Virus record (IMG/VR): IMGVR_UViG_3300025723_000146
Span: 1-26,664 of that record
DNA: 26,664 bases
Source: a virus
Taxonomy: Duplodnaviria > Caudoviricetes
Direction: 5' to 3' (one strand)
In this document: positions 1 through 8,365 of the stretch, in pieces
Position numbering within the stretch: the first letter of the stretch is position 1
How the letters are laid out: each line of letters starts with the position of its first letter
Notes under the pieces: model-generated
The model's database searches: none
What the model saw: only the letters and a program-made list of their open reading frames with translations
What the model was told of the DNA's origin: nothing
Made by a program: the position numbers and the translations under genes

Positions 1-448
1 CATTAGGCCATTGCGCCCAAACTATTGGTCTACCAATTAAGTGTTCTTTCTCATAAACAATTTCAACAAACTCAAGAGGAGACACTTGCACGGGTCTATC
101 TTTTGTTTCTAGTGCTTCTTGGATAGTAATAATAGTTGACCACACCTTATCTTCTGCATAAAGTCTTTCTCCATTTCTCATTAATCGAAGTGTTTCCTCT
201 CGCACTTCTTTAAGTGTGTCTAGTGCAAGGCGTAGTGTTTCGTCTTTAGTCATTCTTGTCCCCTTATTTACATATTTTTCAGCACAAGCCACGCAATAGA
301 GCGCATGTCCACCATCAGCTCCGCATTCAGCGCAATACGCTACAGGATTTTGCCTAACAGATTCTAAAGCATCTTCATGGGTGGCTAAAGCATAGCCCCC
401 ATCAATAGCTTGCCTTAGTTCTTCATATAGTTTTTTGTAGTTTTTCAT
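1..448 (-). CDS. Hypothetical phage protein, partial (runs off window start); N-terminal CxxC-x9-CxxC motif; in-frame internal start at 253
   Basis: Hand translation from ATG at 448: MKNYKKLYEELRQAIDGG...YCAECGADGGHALYCVACAEKYVNKGTRMTKDETLRLALDTL..., open to base 2. Not in the ORF track because there is no stop in the window. The second ATG at 253 has its own AAGGGGA SD-like motif. Confidence 0.6.
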   Translation of the reverse strand, partial: MKNYKKLYEELRQAIDGGYALATHEDALESVRQNPVAYCAECGADGGHALYCVACAEKYVNKGTRMTKDETLRLALDTLKEVREETLRLMRNGERLYAEDKVWSTIITIQEALETKDRPVQVSPLEFVEIVYEKEHLIGRPIVWAQWPN

Positions 449-590
449 AGTTGTCTGTAAGTTTAAGTACTCTGCCCTTTAATTCTAGCAGTGCTTTACT
501 TAACAGTATTTCAAGTGGGGTTGAATGTGCTGGTTTAGCCAGTGTTTGTTCAGCAACTATTACGCAGTGTCTTAATTCCAAGTCAGTCAT
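423..590 (-). CDS. Small hypothetical protein (55 aa)
   Basis: AGGAG SD 7 nt before ATG; MTDLELRHCVIVAEQ...YEKLQKTI; overlaps neighbours in typical phage packing. Confidence 0.6.
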   Translation of the reverse strand: MTDLELRHCVIVAEQTLAKPAHSTPLEILLSKALLELKGRVLKLTDNYEKLQKTI

Positions 591-702
591 CGTTGATCTC
601 CTGTATGATGATCCAAATTAAAAAGCTTGTTAAGCAGACAACCCCTAACAAACCCGTTGTTATTAGTATCAAAGATACTATGTTGTAAAACGTATAACTC
701 AT
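583..702 (-). CDS. Small single-pass membrane protein (39 aa)
   Basis: MSYTFYNIVSLILITTGLLGVVCLTSFLIWIIIQEINDD; ATGA overlap with the upstream ORF stop; long hydrophobic run. Confidence 0.55.
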   Translation of the reverse strand: MSYTFYNIVSLILITTGLLGVVCLTSFLIWIIIQEINDD

Positions 703-884
703 ACATGTACCTTTATGCTCGCTAAAAGAACATATATGATCACTATTGCCCAAGTAAACAACTTAAGTTGCTTACTGACAGCGGGTTTAACACCCAACAT
801 TGTTTGTTGTACCCAGTTTTGATCTGGGTTGTGGTAGTTTGTTCTTTTTTTATATAGAAGATCAACTCGTATACCAGGTGTCAT
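699..884 (-). CDS. Small protein with C-terminal transmembrane helix (61 aa)
   Basis: Start moved to ATG 884 (GGAG SD, ATGA overlap with the endonuclease stop); C-terminal LFTWAIVIIYVLLASI. Confidence 0.6.
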   Translation of the reverse strand: MTPGIRVDLLYKKRTNYHNPDQNWVQQTMLGVKPAVSKQLKLFTWAIVIIYVLLASIKVHV

Positions 885-1297
885 TCTTGTACTCCAATGT
901 GATTTAAAATAAACTTTGTCCAATGTTCGTTGTTAGAGAACACACAAGCGTCTATGGCGTGTTTAGCTGCCCAGTCCAGGTAGGTTACAGTACTCTTCTT
1001 TGAGAGCTTCTGATCCCGTTGTAGTACGTACAGAATGGTTATTTCTGGGTGCTGCTCTTTAATGAAGATAGCCTTCTTTCTATCTGTACCCGTCCATAGA
1101 CCTTTTGTTTCTATGTAGACGTTATTAGTAACAGTGAAGTCAGGTGTGTAAGTGTGGTTGCTGGCTGGGATAACATATTTGATCTTGTTAGCTTCGTATG
1201 CCAGCTTCCAACCTTTGTCTTCACAAGCAGCTTGGAACTTTGCTTCTAAGCCGCTGCGGTAGCCGTTGGGGTTATGTCGTTGTTGTGGTCGTGGCAT
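881..1297 (-). CDS. T7 gp3-like endonuclease I (Holliday junction resolvase, PD-(D/E)xK)
   Basis: YRSGLE...YTPDF...YIETKG motifs; start moved to ATG 1297 behind a GGAGGAGG SD. Confidence 0.9.
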   Translation of the reverse strand: MPRPQQRHNPNGYRSGLEAKFQAACEDKGWKLAYEANKIKYVIPASNHTYTPDFTVTNNVYIETKGLWTGTDRKKAIFIKEQHPEITILYVLQRDQKLSKKSTVTYLDWAAKHAIDACVFSNNEHWTKFILNHIGVQE

Positions 1298-1997
1298 TGT
1301 TTTGTTCCTCCTCCCCGCCCTGTGGGGGCGTGTCGGTTGTTGTTGGGGGTAACCACTTGTCGTTAGGCTTTTGCCAAATGTAGAGCAGTTGCATATTGAG
1401 GTGATAACGTTCGTCATCGTTGTACATTGCACGGCACTTGTCATACCATTCTTCAGGTAGCAGCTCTGCTAATGCTTGTGCAGCTTTGACGGGGCCTATA
1501 CCAGGTACACCCACAATGTTGTCACTGCGGTCTCCTATGAGGCTCTGCAAGTAAAGGAACTTCAAACCCTCGTCTGGTGTAACCTCTTGAAACACCTTCT
1601 TGACAAAGTTGTAGTGCCTCCCAGGTATCTGTAGCAGGTCTTTGTCGATGCTACAAATCACTGTTGTACCACCAACTTTATCCTGCTGGACACCCATCTC
1701 ATCATCTGCTTCGTAGCCATTGCAAATCTGTGCTTTGTGCTGTGTTACTAGGAACTCTCTGACAGCTTGCCAATGTGCTGGCCTACTGTCTGGTCTGTTA
1801 GCTTTGTAACTTGGGGCTATCTCTCTTCTAAAGTTCCCCGTTCCTGTTAGAAACACACTGTAAGACGTAGCACCTGTATCAGCCAAGATGTCTTGAATCA
1901 TTTGGTCAGCCCTTGATTGGGCTATCCATGCTTCGTCTGTCTCTGCTGATGCTGCACCACGATACACTACGATGTCACCATCAATCAGTGCTTTCAT
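1272..1997 (-). CDS. 5'-3' exonuclease (T7 gp6 / FEN-like)
   Basis: ALIDGD, YKANR, EADD, SIDKD and GDRSDNIVGVPGIGPVKA (H3TH) motifs. Confidence 0.92.
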   Translation of the reverse strand: MKALIDGDIVVYRGAASAETDEAWIAQSRADQMIQDILADTGATSYSVFLTGTGNFRREIAPSYKANRPDSRPAHWQAVREFLVTQHKAQICNGYEADDEMGVQQDKVGGTTVICSIDKDLLQIPGRHYNFVKKVFQEVTPDEGLKFLYLQSLIGDRSDNIVGVPGIGPVKAAQALAELLPEEWYDKCRAMYNDDERYHLNMQLLYIWQKPNDKWLPPTTTDTPPQGGEEEQNNATTTTTT

Positions 1998-2130
1998 TTA
2001 TTTGCTCCTGTTTAAAGGAAGTGATCATCTCATTACCTACCAACAAATCTTGAACAGCTTTGTATATCCAATTACACCCGTCAGCTTCGTCTTCTAACTC
2101 AATTTCAATATCTACTTTGTATGTTTTCAT
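1981..2130 (-). CDS. Small acidic hypothetical protein (49 aa)
   Basis: MKTYKVDIEIELEDEADGCNWIYKAVQDLL...ESTD; ATGA overlap with upstream ORF; fills the gap before the exonuclease. Confidence 0.6.
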   Translation of the reverse strand: MKTYKVDIEIELEDEADGCNWIYKAVQDLLVGNEMITSFKQEQINESTD

Positions 2131-2312
2131 TTTTCTATATCCCATGCTCTGTTTTCAAACTGTGCAAACAATTCTTCATTAGACATTTTGTCATAACCTA
2201 TCCCAAATCGCAAAATGTAATCTAAGTATTCAACGTCATTATGTTGCATGGCTTGACGTACTGTTTCAATGTCATCCTCGACAAGTTGGTCAATCATTGT
2301 TTCTCTTTTCAT
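2127..2312 (-). CDS. Small acidic hypothetical protein (61 aa)
   Basis: ORF track; GAGG SD; ATGA coupling at both ends. Confidence 0.65.
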   Translation of the reverse strand: MKRETMIDQLVEDDIETVRQAMQHNDVEYLDYILRFGIGYDKMSNEELFAQFENRAWDIEK

Positions 2313-2425
2313 TCTTCATCCTCTTCTACTTTAAACATCAAAAATCTAGAACCTTCAAATATTTCTATAACATCATAGTCAATATCTAATCGGTCAAGTA
2401 ATTCATACAATTCCTTTGCAGTCAT
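2309..2425 (-). CDS. Small acidic hypothetical protein (38 aa)
   Basis: AAAGGAG SD; MTAKELYELLDRLDIDYDVIEIFEGSRFLMFKVEEDEE. Confidence 0.6.
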   Translation of the reverse strand: MTAKELYELLDRLDIDYDVIEIFEGSRFLMFKVEEDEE

Positions 2426-2449
2426 GTTTACTCCTTTGGTTGATAGCAT

Positions 2450-2482
2450 AAAAAAAGGCCAGTGGTGTTACCCACTGACCTT
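2450..2482 (-). terminator. Rho-independent terminator downstream of the SSB-like gene
   Basis: Minus strand AAGGTCAGTGG-GTAACA-CCACTGGCC followed by TTTTTTT. Confidence 0.8.
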
Positions 2483-2488
2483 ATACGA

Positions 2489-3031
2489 TTACTCTTGAGC
2501 TGCTATGTTTTCTTCAGAATCTTCTTTCATGGCTTCTGCCATGTCAATGTCTCCTGCTGTGTAAGACTCAAACTTACGAGCCAAAGCTATCACAAGATCA
2601 AGCGTTGAGCTTTCCAACTCAAATGATTTACCGCCTCTAGCTGCGATATAAAGATCAGTTGCACGAGCTAAAGCGTTCTGACGAACAATAGCTCTGTCTC
2701 CATGAAGAGGAGGAATAGGAAACACTTTCTCTTTGTAACCACTATAGCTATGCTTTGATGGCCCTAAAACACCAACTTTACCCTCTGTGGTAAGAGTAGG
2801 TGGTACTGGTGTTGCTGTTTTCTTAAGAATGCTTACAGACTTTGTTTCCATGCCGTAAGTACCTGTTACACCATCAAATTCAACTTCATAACCTGCTTGA
2901 ACTCCTGGGTCTTTAAATCCGCATTTGACCCAATTGCCATTTACTTTCATCGAGTAAGTGGGCTTTGCACCAAACTTAGTGTTTACTTCTTTTGTGGATG
3001 TGGCTTCCACTACGCCTGTCATCATTGCCAT
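2489..3031 (-). CDS. Probable single-stranded DNA-binding protein
   Basis: Beta-rich OB-fold-like N terminus, acidic C-terminal tail, directly downstream of the DNA polymerase. Confidence 0.5.
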   Translation of the reverse strand: MAMMTGVVEATSTKEVNTKFGAKPTYSMKVNGNWVKCGFKDPGVQAGYEVEFDGVTGTYGMETKSVSILKKTATPVPPTLTTEGKVGVLGPSKHSYSGYKEKVFPIPPLHGDRAIVRQNALARATDLYIAARGGKSFELESSTLDLVIALARKFESYTAGDIDMAEAMKEDSEENIAAQE

Positions 3032-3032
3032 G

Positions 3033-4982
3033 TTAAATTTCTTTCATGTTGAACCAATTGTCACCTACTGATGCTCCTGCATTGAGCTTCAGAGCCAGAG
3101 GTGTCCTGAACAATATCTCAAAATACTCATGTGTTTGTTTTAGTGTTTGTGTTAACTCCTTTGTAAAAAACTCTACTGAATCACTACTGACATCGAACAT
3201 CAGAGAATCATGGATAGTGTTAACCATCTTGATGTCTTCTCTGTTTTTTAGTTTCCTAAAGATAATACCCAACATCATTGGGACTATATCTCCAGTAGCT
3301 AAACCTTGGATTGGATAGTTTTTCAATTCTGTAGGACTAAAATTATAAGTCCTAGATGACCAACTATCAGCATTGTGATACTCCTTAAAAGCAAATTTCC
3401 TGCCAGTCTCAGTTTGTAACACAAACGTTTTAACTTTCTCTAGAAATCCATTTACATCTAATTCGTATTTGGCTTCGTATTCAACTTTCTCTGCAAATGT
3501 TTTGTGCCACTCAGCTACATCTGGATAGCGTTTGTAAAAAACATCAATGAACTTCTTTGCTTCTTCAAGGCTACAACCCGCTTGTTTGCTGATTGCTTTA
3601 GCACCTGCACCATAGATCAATTGAAACGTTCTTGATTTGAATGGTTTACGTTCTTCTTTAGTTGGCATCCTCCCAAACATGTCTTTGTATAGTTCGCTGT
3701 GAATATCAGCACCACCAGAGATGTCAGCTATAAGCTGTTTGTCCCTAGTAACATGTGCTAGAGCCACAACTTCTAGTTGGTTGAAATCTATCTCAAGAAT
3801 CTTGCCTCCAGGAAACCTGGAAGTAAATATCTGTTTGATAGGGTTGTTACTAATGTTTTGTAGATTAGGATTGGTTGAAGACAACCTACCTGTGACTGTT
3901 GCTGTGTGATTTAACTTGCCATGTATGAAGTTTCCTATCATGTGTTTACTTAAACCTTGCACATACGTTGATAGCTGCTTAGACAACTCACGATACTTTA
4001 GCAACTTGTTGATTAACCCTATTGCTTCAGCATTGAATGTGTGAGCAAGCATGTCGTTAAGCACTGTGTCATCTACAGATACTTGTCCAGTCTTAGAAGA
4101 TACTTTATCAGGATCAGGAGTATACGTAATAAATGGTTTGATCTTAACTGTCTTTTCTACCAACTTGAATTTGGTATTACCATTTTTGTATACACCAACT
4201 TCTTCTTTGACTTTTACTTTCTTAGTACCACCAAAGAAAAATTGACTCCATTGCTTTGGACTGTTGATATCATCAATGTGATCTTTGGCTAACTCTTCTA
4301 AGTCAAGCTTTACTTCAACGTACTCGTTAACAACCTCAACTGTGTACTTGTCTAGAGCTGCTGTGTCAATGTGTAAACCATTGAACATCATTTCTGTTGT
4401 TGCATGAAGAGCTTCCATTTGCGATCTAATCAAAGACAATTGATTAGCTTTGACTGCTCTTTCCCATTGCAATATAGCTATTGCTTTGGTGTTCTCAATG
4501 TCTTGAAGCAAATAAGGTGTGAGTTCTTCTTTAGGAATGTAGTCAGACCCTAACCCTGCTTGGAAATACTTCTTGATAGCATCATCTTTGACTGGCAAAC
4601 CATACTGAATGCTCAACTCATCCAAGCTAGAAAACTTAGTTTGTTGACCACTCAAGATATATTCTGCAAGTTGTGTATCCCAAATAGGATGATGTTGAAG
4701 TAGTTTGCGATACTCTTGAGATTCTTTATATAGATACATCAAATCAAAAGATATGTTGTGTCCACAAATAACTACTCCTTGTTTTGTTGCTGACAAAACA
4801 TCCCAAAAGTTTTTGCTTTCATATGTAGCCATAGGAAAGTCGCCATGATGTATTCCATAAGCTACAACATTGTTCATTGGGTGCATAGGATGAGCTAGTC
4901 CTACGTCTTCGTTGCCGTTTAACGTTGTTTCAACGTCAATCGCTACGAATTTTGGTTGTATCGCTGATTGTGATGCTGTCAT
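3033..4982 (-). CDS. polA: DNA polymerase family A with 3'-5' exonuclease domain
   Basis: ExoI DVET, ExoII GHNISFD, TGRLSSTNPNLQN, motif A DFNQLE, motif B RKPFKSRTFQLIYG, NYPIQG, motif C IHDS. Confidence 0.96.
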   Translation of the reverse strand: MTASQSAIQPKFVAIDVETTLNGNEDVGLAHPMHPMNNVVAYGIHHGDFPMATYESKNFWDVLSATKQGVVICGHNISFDLMYLYKESQEYRKLLQHHPIWDTQLAEYILSGQQTKFSSLDELSIQYGLPVKDDAIKKYFQAGLGSDYIPKEELTPYLLQDIENTKAIAILQWERAVKANQLSLIRSQMEALHATTEMMFNGLHIDTAALDKYTVEVVNEYVEVKLDLEELAKDHIDDINSPKQWSQFFFGGTKKVKVKEEVGVYKNGNTKFKLVEKTVKIKPFITYTPDPDKVSSKTGQVSVDDTVLNDMLAHTFNAEAIGLINKLLKYRELSKQLSTYVQGLSKHMIGNFIHGKLNHTATVTGRLSSTNPNLQNISNNPIKQIFTSRFPGGKILEIDFNQLEVVALAHVTRDKQLIADISGGADIHSELYKDMFGRMPTKEERKPFKSRTFQLIYGAGAKAISKQAGCSLEEAKKFIDVFYKRYPDVAEWHKTFAEKVEYEAKYELDVNGFLEKVKTFVLQTETGRKFAFKEYHNADSWSSRTYNFSPTELKNYPIQGLATGDIVPMMLGIIFRKLKNREDIKMVNTIHDSLMFDVSSDSVEFFTKELTQTLKQTHEYFEILFRTPLALKLNAGASVGDNWFNMKEI

Positions 4983-5130
4983 TTTTCTCCTTTCTTAAAT
5001 GTAGTATTTCTTGTTGTCTTCTACCATCTGAGTACCCCATGCCATAACACTGTGTAGCAAAGTTGATTACACTTGCTGACAGATTTACGTTATAAAGTTC
5101 TGCTAATCTTTTCATTTCTAATTGATCCAT
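4936..5130 (-). CDS. Small hypothetical protein (64 aa)
   Basis: ORF track; AAGGA SD; lies between helicase and polymerase. Confidence 0.6.
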   Translation of the reverse strand: MDQLEMKRLAELYNVNLSASVINFATQCYGMGYSDGRRQQEILHLRKEKNDSITISDTTKIRSD

Positions 5131-5138
5131 GTGTTTCC

Positions 5139-6401
5139 TTATTCAAACCTAGCTCTGATTGGATCAATAGTTACTAGGTATTGACCATGACGTTCTGATT
5201 CCATTTGTTTTGCACCTCCTCCTGGTAGTTTGTTCTTAGGAACATTGATTGTCCTAATCATTTCTTCTTCGGGATTCTTTGGTTCTTTGTACTTACCTAA
5301 TGTGATTACCACATCAGCTTCACCTGGTTTGTCAGTCTTTGATCCACGCAAGGCATCTAGGCCAATGAATGGTGGGTCTTTCATATCCACTGCTGTTGCA
5401 CTGAGTTGTGAAGCTGCAATTACAGGACCATAAGTTCTTGCTAGTTCCCTAGCCCATTTGTATATTTTGCCTAGCTTGATGTCTTCTCTCTCATCTGACT
5501 TAAAGCCATCAACTTTATCAAGCTGGTCAAATACAATCAAACCTGGATTAACTTCTCTAAACAATGTTTCTAGATCACGTACATGATTCATGTCTTTAGT
5601 AACACGTATCTTGTCTTTGTTGCCACCCATCAATGTTGTGTAAGATTCCATAGATGCTTTAGAGTCAGCAATCATTGTTTTGCTTTCTACACCTAATGCA
5701 GCTTGAACAATCCTAAAGAATACAACTGATGACTCTTCTTCGTTGTTAACCCAAACAACTGGTCTACCCTTGGGTAACTGTTGAGCTAAGTAACTGACCT
5801 CACTAGCAAGGAATGTAGTTTTACCTACTTCCACCCTAGCAGCAACAATGACAAAGTTACCAGTACGTAACGGACCGAGAGATCGGTTAAGTTGTTCAAG
5901 CCTCCATTCATAACCGCTAGAACTAATTCGATCAGCGATTGCAGAAAGATCAGCACTAACAAATAGTTCATCTTTCTCGATGTATCTTTCAACATCTTTG
6001 AGAGCGTTTGTAGCAATGATATGAACGTGTTCAAGGTCACTTGTACCCTCCTTTACTTTTTCGCATTCTTCCATGATAAGAGCTAAGTAATCTAACTCAA
6101 TAAGAGTTTTGATTACTTCCTCATGTGCATGGTGTGGAACATAAGTCTTTGCTTTGGTCAATGTCATGCGTAGCTTGACAATTGAATCATCTGTAAGTCG
6201 CTTACTTTGATCTGCAATCAAATAAGCTGAAAACGAATCCCAGTTGAATGTATCAATGCTTGGAAATGTTTTGTAGTACTTGTCCATCCCATCAAGAATG
6301 GTGTTTGTTTCTTTTACAACTACATGCGGTTTAATGTACCGCCTGTATTTGTTTAAGTTCTCTTTGCTTTGAGAGCAAAGATACAGAACGTCATAGTCCA
6401 T
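5139..6401 (-). CDS. DnaB-like (SF4) replicative helicase
   Basis: Walker A ARVEVGKTT, Walker B IVFDQL, IAASQL, ADVVI and KNK motifs. Confidence 0.9.
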   Translation of the reverse strand: MDYDVLYLCSQSKENLNKYRRYIKPHVVVKETNTILDGMDKYYKTFPSIDTFNWDSFSAYLIADQSKRLTDDSIVKLRMTLTKAKTYVPHHAHEEVIKTLIELDYLALIMEECEKVKEGTSDLEHVHIIATNALKDVERYIEKDELFVSADLSAIADRISSSGYEWRLEQLNRSLGPLRTGNFVIVAARVEVGKTTFLASEVSYLAQQLPKGRPVVWVNNEEESSVVFFRIVQAALGVESKTMIADSKASMESYTTLMGGNKDKIRVTKDMNHVRDLETLFREVNPGLIVFDQLDKVDGFKSDEREDIKLGKIYKWARELARTYGPVIAASQLSATAVDMKDPPFIGLDALRGSKTDKPGEADVVITLGKYKEPKNPEEEMIRTINVPKNKLPGGGAKQMESERHGQYLVTIDPIRARFE

Positions 6402-6410
6402 TTGCTTCCT

Positions 6411-7202
6411 TCATACAAGAATGCTTTTCAGTTCTTCTGGTGTGCATTCTTTAGGTTCTTTGTCCATGCCAAAGATGGCAACTTTTGTTTGTGTTGGTAA
6501 AAAATGGTTGAGTTTTTTATATGTTTTGGTTGCTCCTTCTTGTCCAGCTTTGTCAGGGTCGAGCCAAATAAATACAAACTCAAAGTTAAGTTCATACATC
6601 TGGGATAAAGTTTTGTCAGAAATCATTGTTCTTAGTAACGCTACAGAGCTAAACCCTGTATTTTTGTGTACTCGGTATGCACTGAGGTAATCTTCTGTTA
6701 TTACCAAAGTCTTGCTGTTTTTGTGAAACCAACTTGCATCACCTTTGCTGTCAGTATTGACGTAGTGTGTCAAGTACTTAGGTGTAAATAGCAGGTTTCG
6801 TACCTGCCATCCAATAACTTCTTGCTCGGGGTTTAGTAGTGTAAGCGCAACTTTGTGTCGTTCCCCAGCAATACCTGCAAATAAAGTATCGTTGGTATCG
6901 CAGTAATTGGAATGTAACCACACCTTGCCTTCTGTTGTTAAGGTAGAAAGTACTGGTTTAGTATTGTGTTTGTAAGCTGATGCTAGTTCTTTGGTACTAA
7001 CCCAAGAAGATAGTCTAGAGGAATCATTGACAAACCCAGATTGATTGCAATGATGACAATAAGCAACTAATCCTTTTTCTGTACGTTTGATGTACAGTCT
7101 TTTCTTATTGTCAATACCTGCTTCGCAGCCTTTATGGTTAACATGGATTTGTTCCCCCATGTTACTAGGAGCATTCGCTAATATTTGTTTGTTGTCTATC
7201 AT
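6411..7202 (-). CDS. DNA primase (Zn-binding + TOPRIM)
   Basis: HKGC...CHHC zinc ligands; TOPRIM LVITED and WLDPDKAG; start taken at ATG 7202, downstream of the hairpin. Confidence 0.85.
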   Translation of the reverse strand: MIDNKQILANAPSNMGEQIHVNHKGCEAGIDNKKRLYIKRTEKGLVAYCHHCNQSGFVNDSSRLSSWVSTKELASAYKHNTKPVLSTLTTEGKVWLHSNYCDTNDTLFAGIAGERHKVALTLLNPEQEVIGWQVRNLLFTPKYLTHYVNTDSKGDASWFHKNSKTLVITEDYLSAYRVHKNTGFSSVALLRTMISDKTLSQMYELNFEFVFIWLDPDKAGQEGATKTYKKLNHFLPTQTKVAIFGMDKEPKECTPEELKSILV

Positions 7203-7215
7203 GTTGATCTTTGTA

Positions 7216-7251
7216 AAACACAAAGTAAATAGCCCTCGCAATGAGGGCTAT
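7216..7251 (-). terminator. Hairpin / probable terminator between AAA+ gene and primase
   Basis: Minus strand ATAGCCCTC-ATTGC-GAGGGCTAT followed by TTACTTTGTGTTTT. Confidence 0.55.
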
Positions 7252-7264
7252 ATGGCTTTATGCT

Positions 7265-8365
7265 TTACTCCGATGTGCCGTAGATTTTAGTGAATAACTC
7301 GTCAGCAACTTTACGTTGTGTGTCATTGAGTTTGTTGAGATAGACCAAGGTAAAAGCTTTCTTTAGAGAACGTCCAGCACTTACTTTTCTGCAAATACTA
7401 AACAAAGACCTGGGAGAAATAGTCAAACTAAACTGATTGGCTTTGTAGCCTTGTCTGATTAGGTTGGCTAGTTTAACCAATTCTTTAGCTGCTTTCTTTG
7501 TTATTGTTGAAGGCCACTTGTTGACTAACAAAGTTTCTTCAATGCCTGGATTGAGATAGTCAATGTATATAGCTGTACCAAACCTGTCAAGCGTTGCAGT
7601 GTTTTGAACGTTAGTACCTGCATGAGAACCAGTGTCATCACCTTGGCCTTGTGTGTTACCGATAGCAACAATCCTAAAATGCTCGTGAGGCGTTATTTGC
7701 TTGTCTTTGGTACTACCAGGCATCTCCTTTAAGAAAAGCTTGCCTTCGTCCTCTAAGAGCCATTGCAGACCCATTGCAATCTCTGGGGGAGTTACATCCC
7801 ACTCATCCCAAGCAAACACAGCACCATATCGAACTGCTTCGGTTACAGCACCATCAACCCAAACTGTTGAGCCATCTTCTGCTGTCAGTTGACCAAAGAT
7901 CATGGATGAATCCATGTCACCTGTACAATTAACACGAATAAAAGGTCTGTTGGTTAGAGCACATAGTTGTTCAACAAGACTAGATTTACCAGCACCTGTT
8001 GGACCATAACAGAGAACTTTCTCATTCAATTCCCAAGCCATGAGAATACTTCCTGCTAAGTCTTTATCAATCACATAGCTCTCATTGATACTAGGAACAA
8101 ATGAAGCTATGCGTTCATCCCAAGCATAATCGTGAAATGTTGTAACAGGGAAATTATCCTTGTCAGCAACTGTATCGTCAGAAATCAAATCAGAAAATAA
8201 AATTTGATTGTCATTCATTACTTTTGTTGTTGTTGAGCCAAAATCAGATGAATCTACAGCTTTGTATGCTTCTGATATAGGCTCTGCTGTTCCTGGTGGT
8301 TTCCTCTTGTCAAGAGCTTCTTTCAAAGCTGACTTAACGAGGTCCTCTACTTTCTTAGTGGACAT
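7265..8365 (-). CDS. MoxR/CobS-like AAA+ ATPase
   Basis: Walker A GPTGAGKS, RVNC, Walker B FAWDE, sensor GNT, ATLDRF arginine finger, ISPR sensor II. Confidence 0.9.
   Translation of the reverse strand: MSTKKVEDLVKSALKEALDKRKPPGTAEPISEAYKAVDSSDFGSTTTKVMNDNQILFSDLISDDTVADKDNFPVTTFHDYAWDERIASFVPSINESYVIDKDLAGSILMAWELNEKVLCYGPTGAGKSSLVEQLCALTNRPFIRVNCTGDMDSSMIFGQLTAEDGSTVWVDGAVTEAVRYGAVFAWDEWDVTPPEIAMGLQWLLEDEGKLFLKEMPGSTKDKQITPHEHFRIVAIGNTQGQGDDTGSHAGTNVQNTATLDRFGTAIYIDYLNPGIEETLLVNKWPSTITKKAAKELVKLANLIRQGYKANQFSLTISPRSLFSICRKVSAGRSLKKAFTLVYLNKLNDTQRKVADELFTKIYGTSE

Noticed and set aside
1298-1444. N-terminal extension of the endonuclease ORF
   Set aside because: Lies inside the exonuclease gene; the strong SD and family length support the start at 1297.
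3033-4982. PolA motif C reads HDS rather than HDE; Phe at the 762-equivalent position
   Set aside because: The catalytic Asp is intact and both variants occur in phage family A polymerases; not evidence of inactivation or modified-base use.
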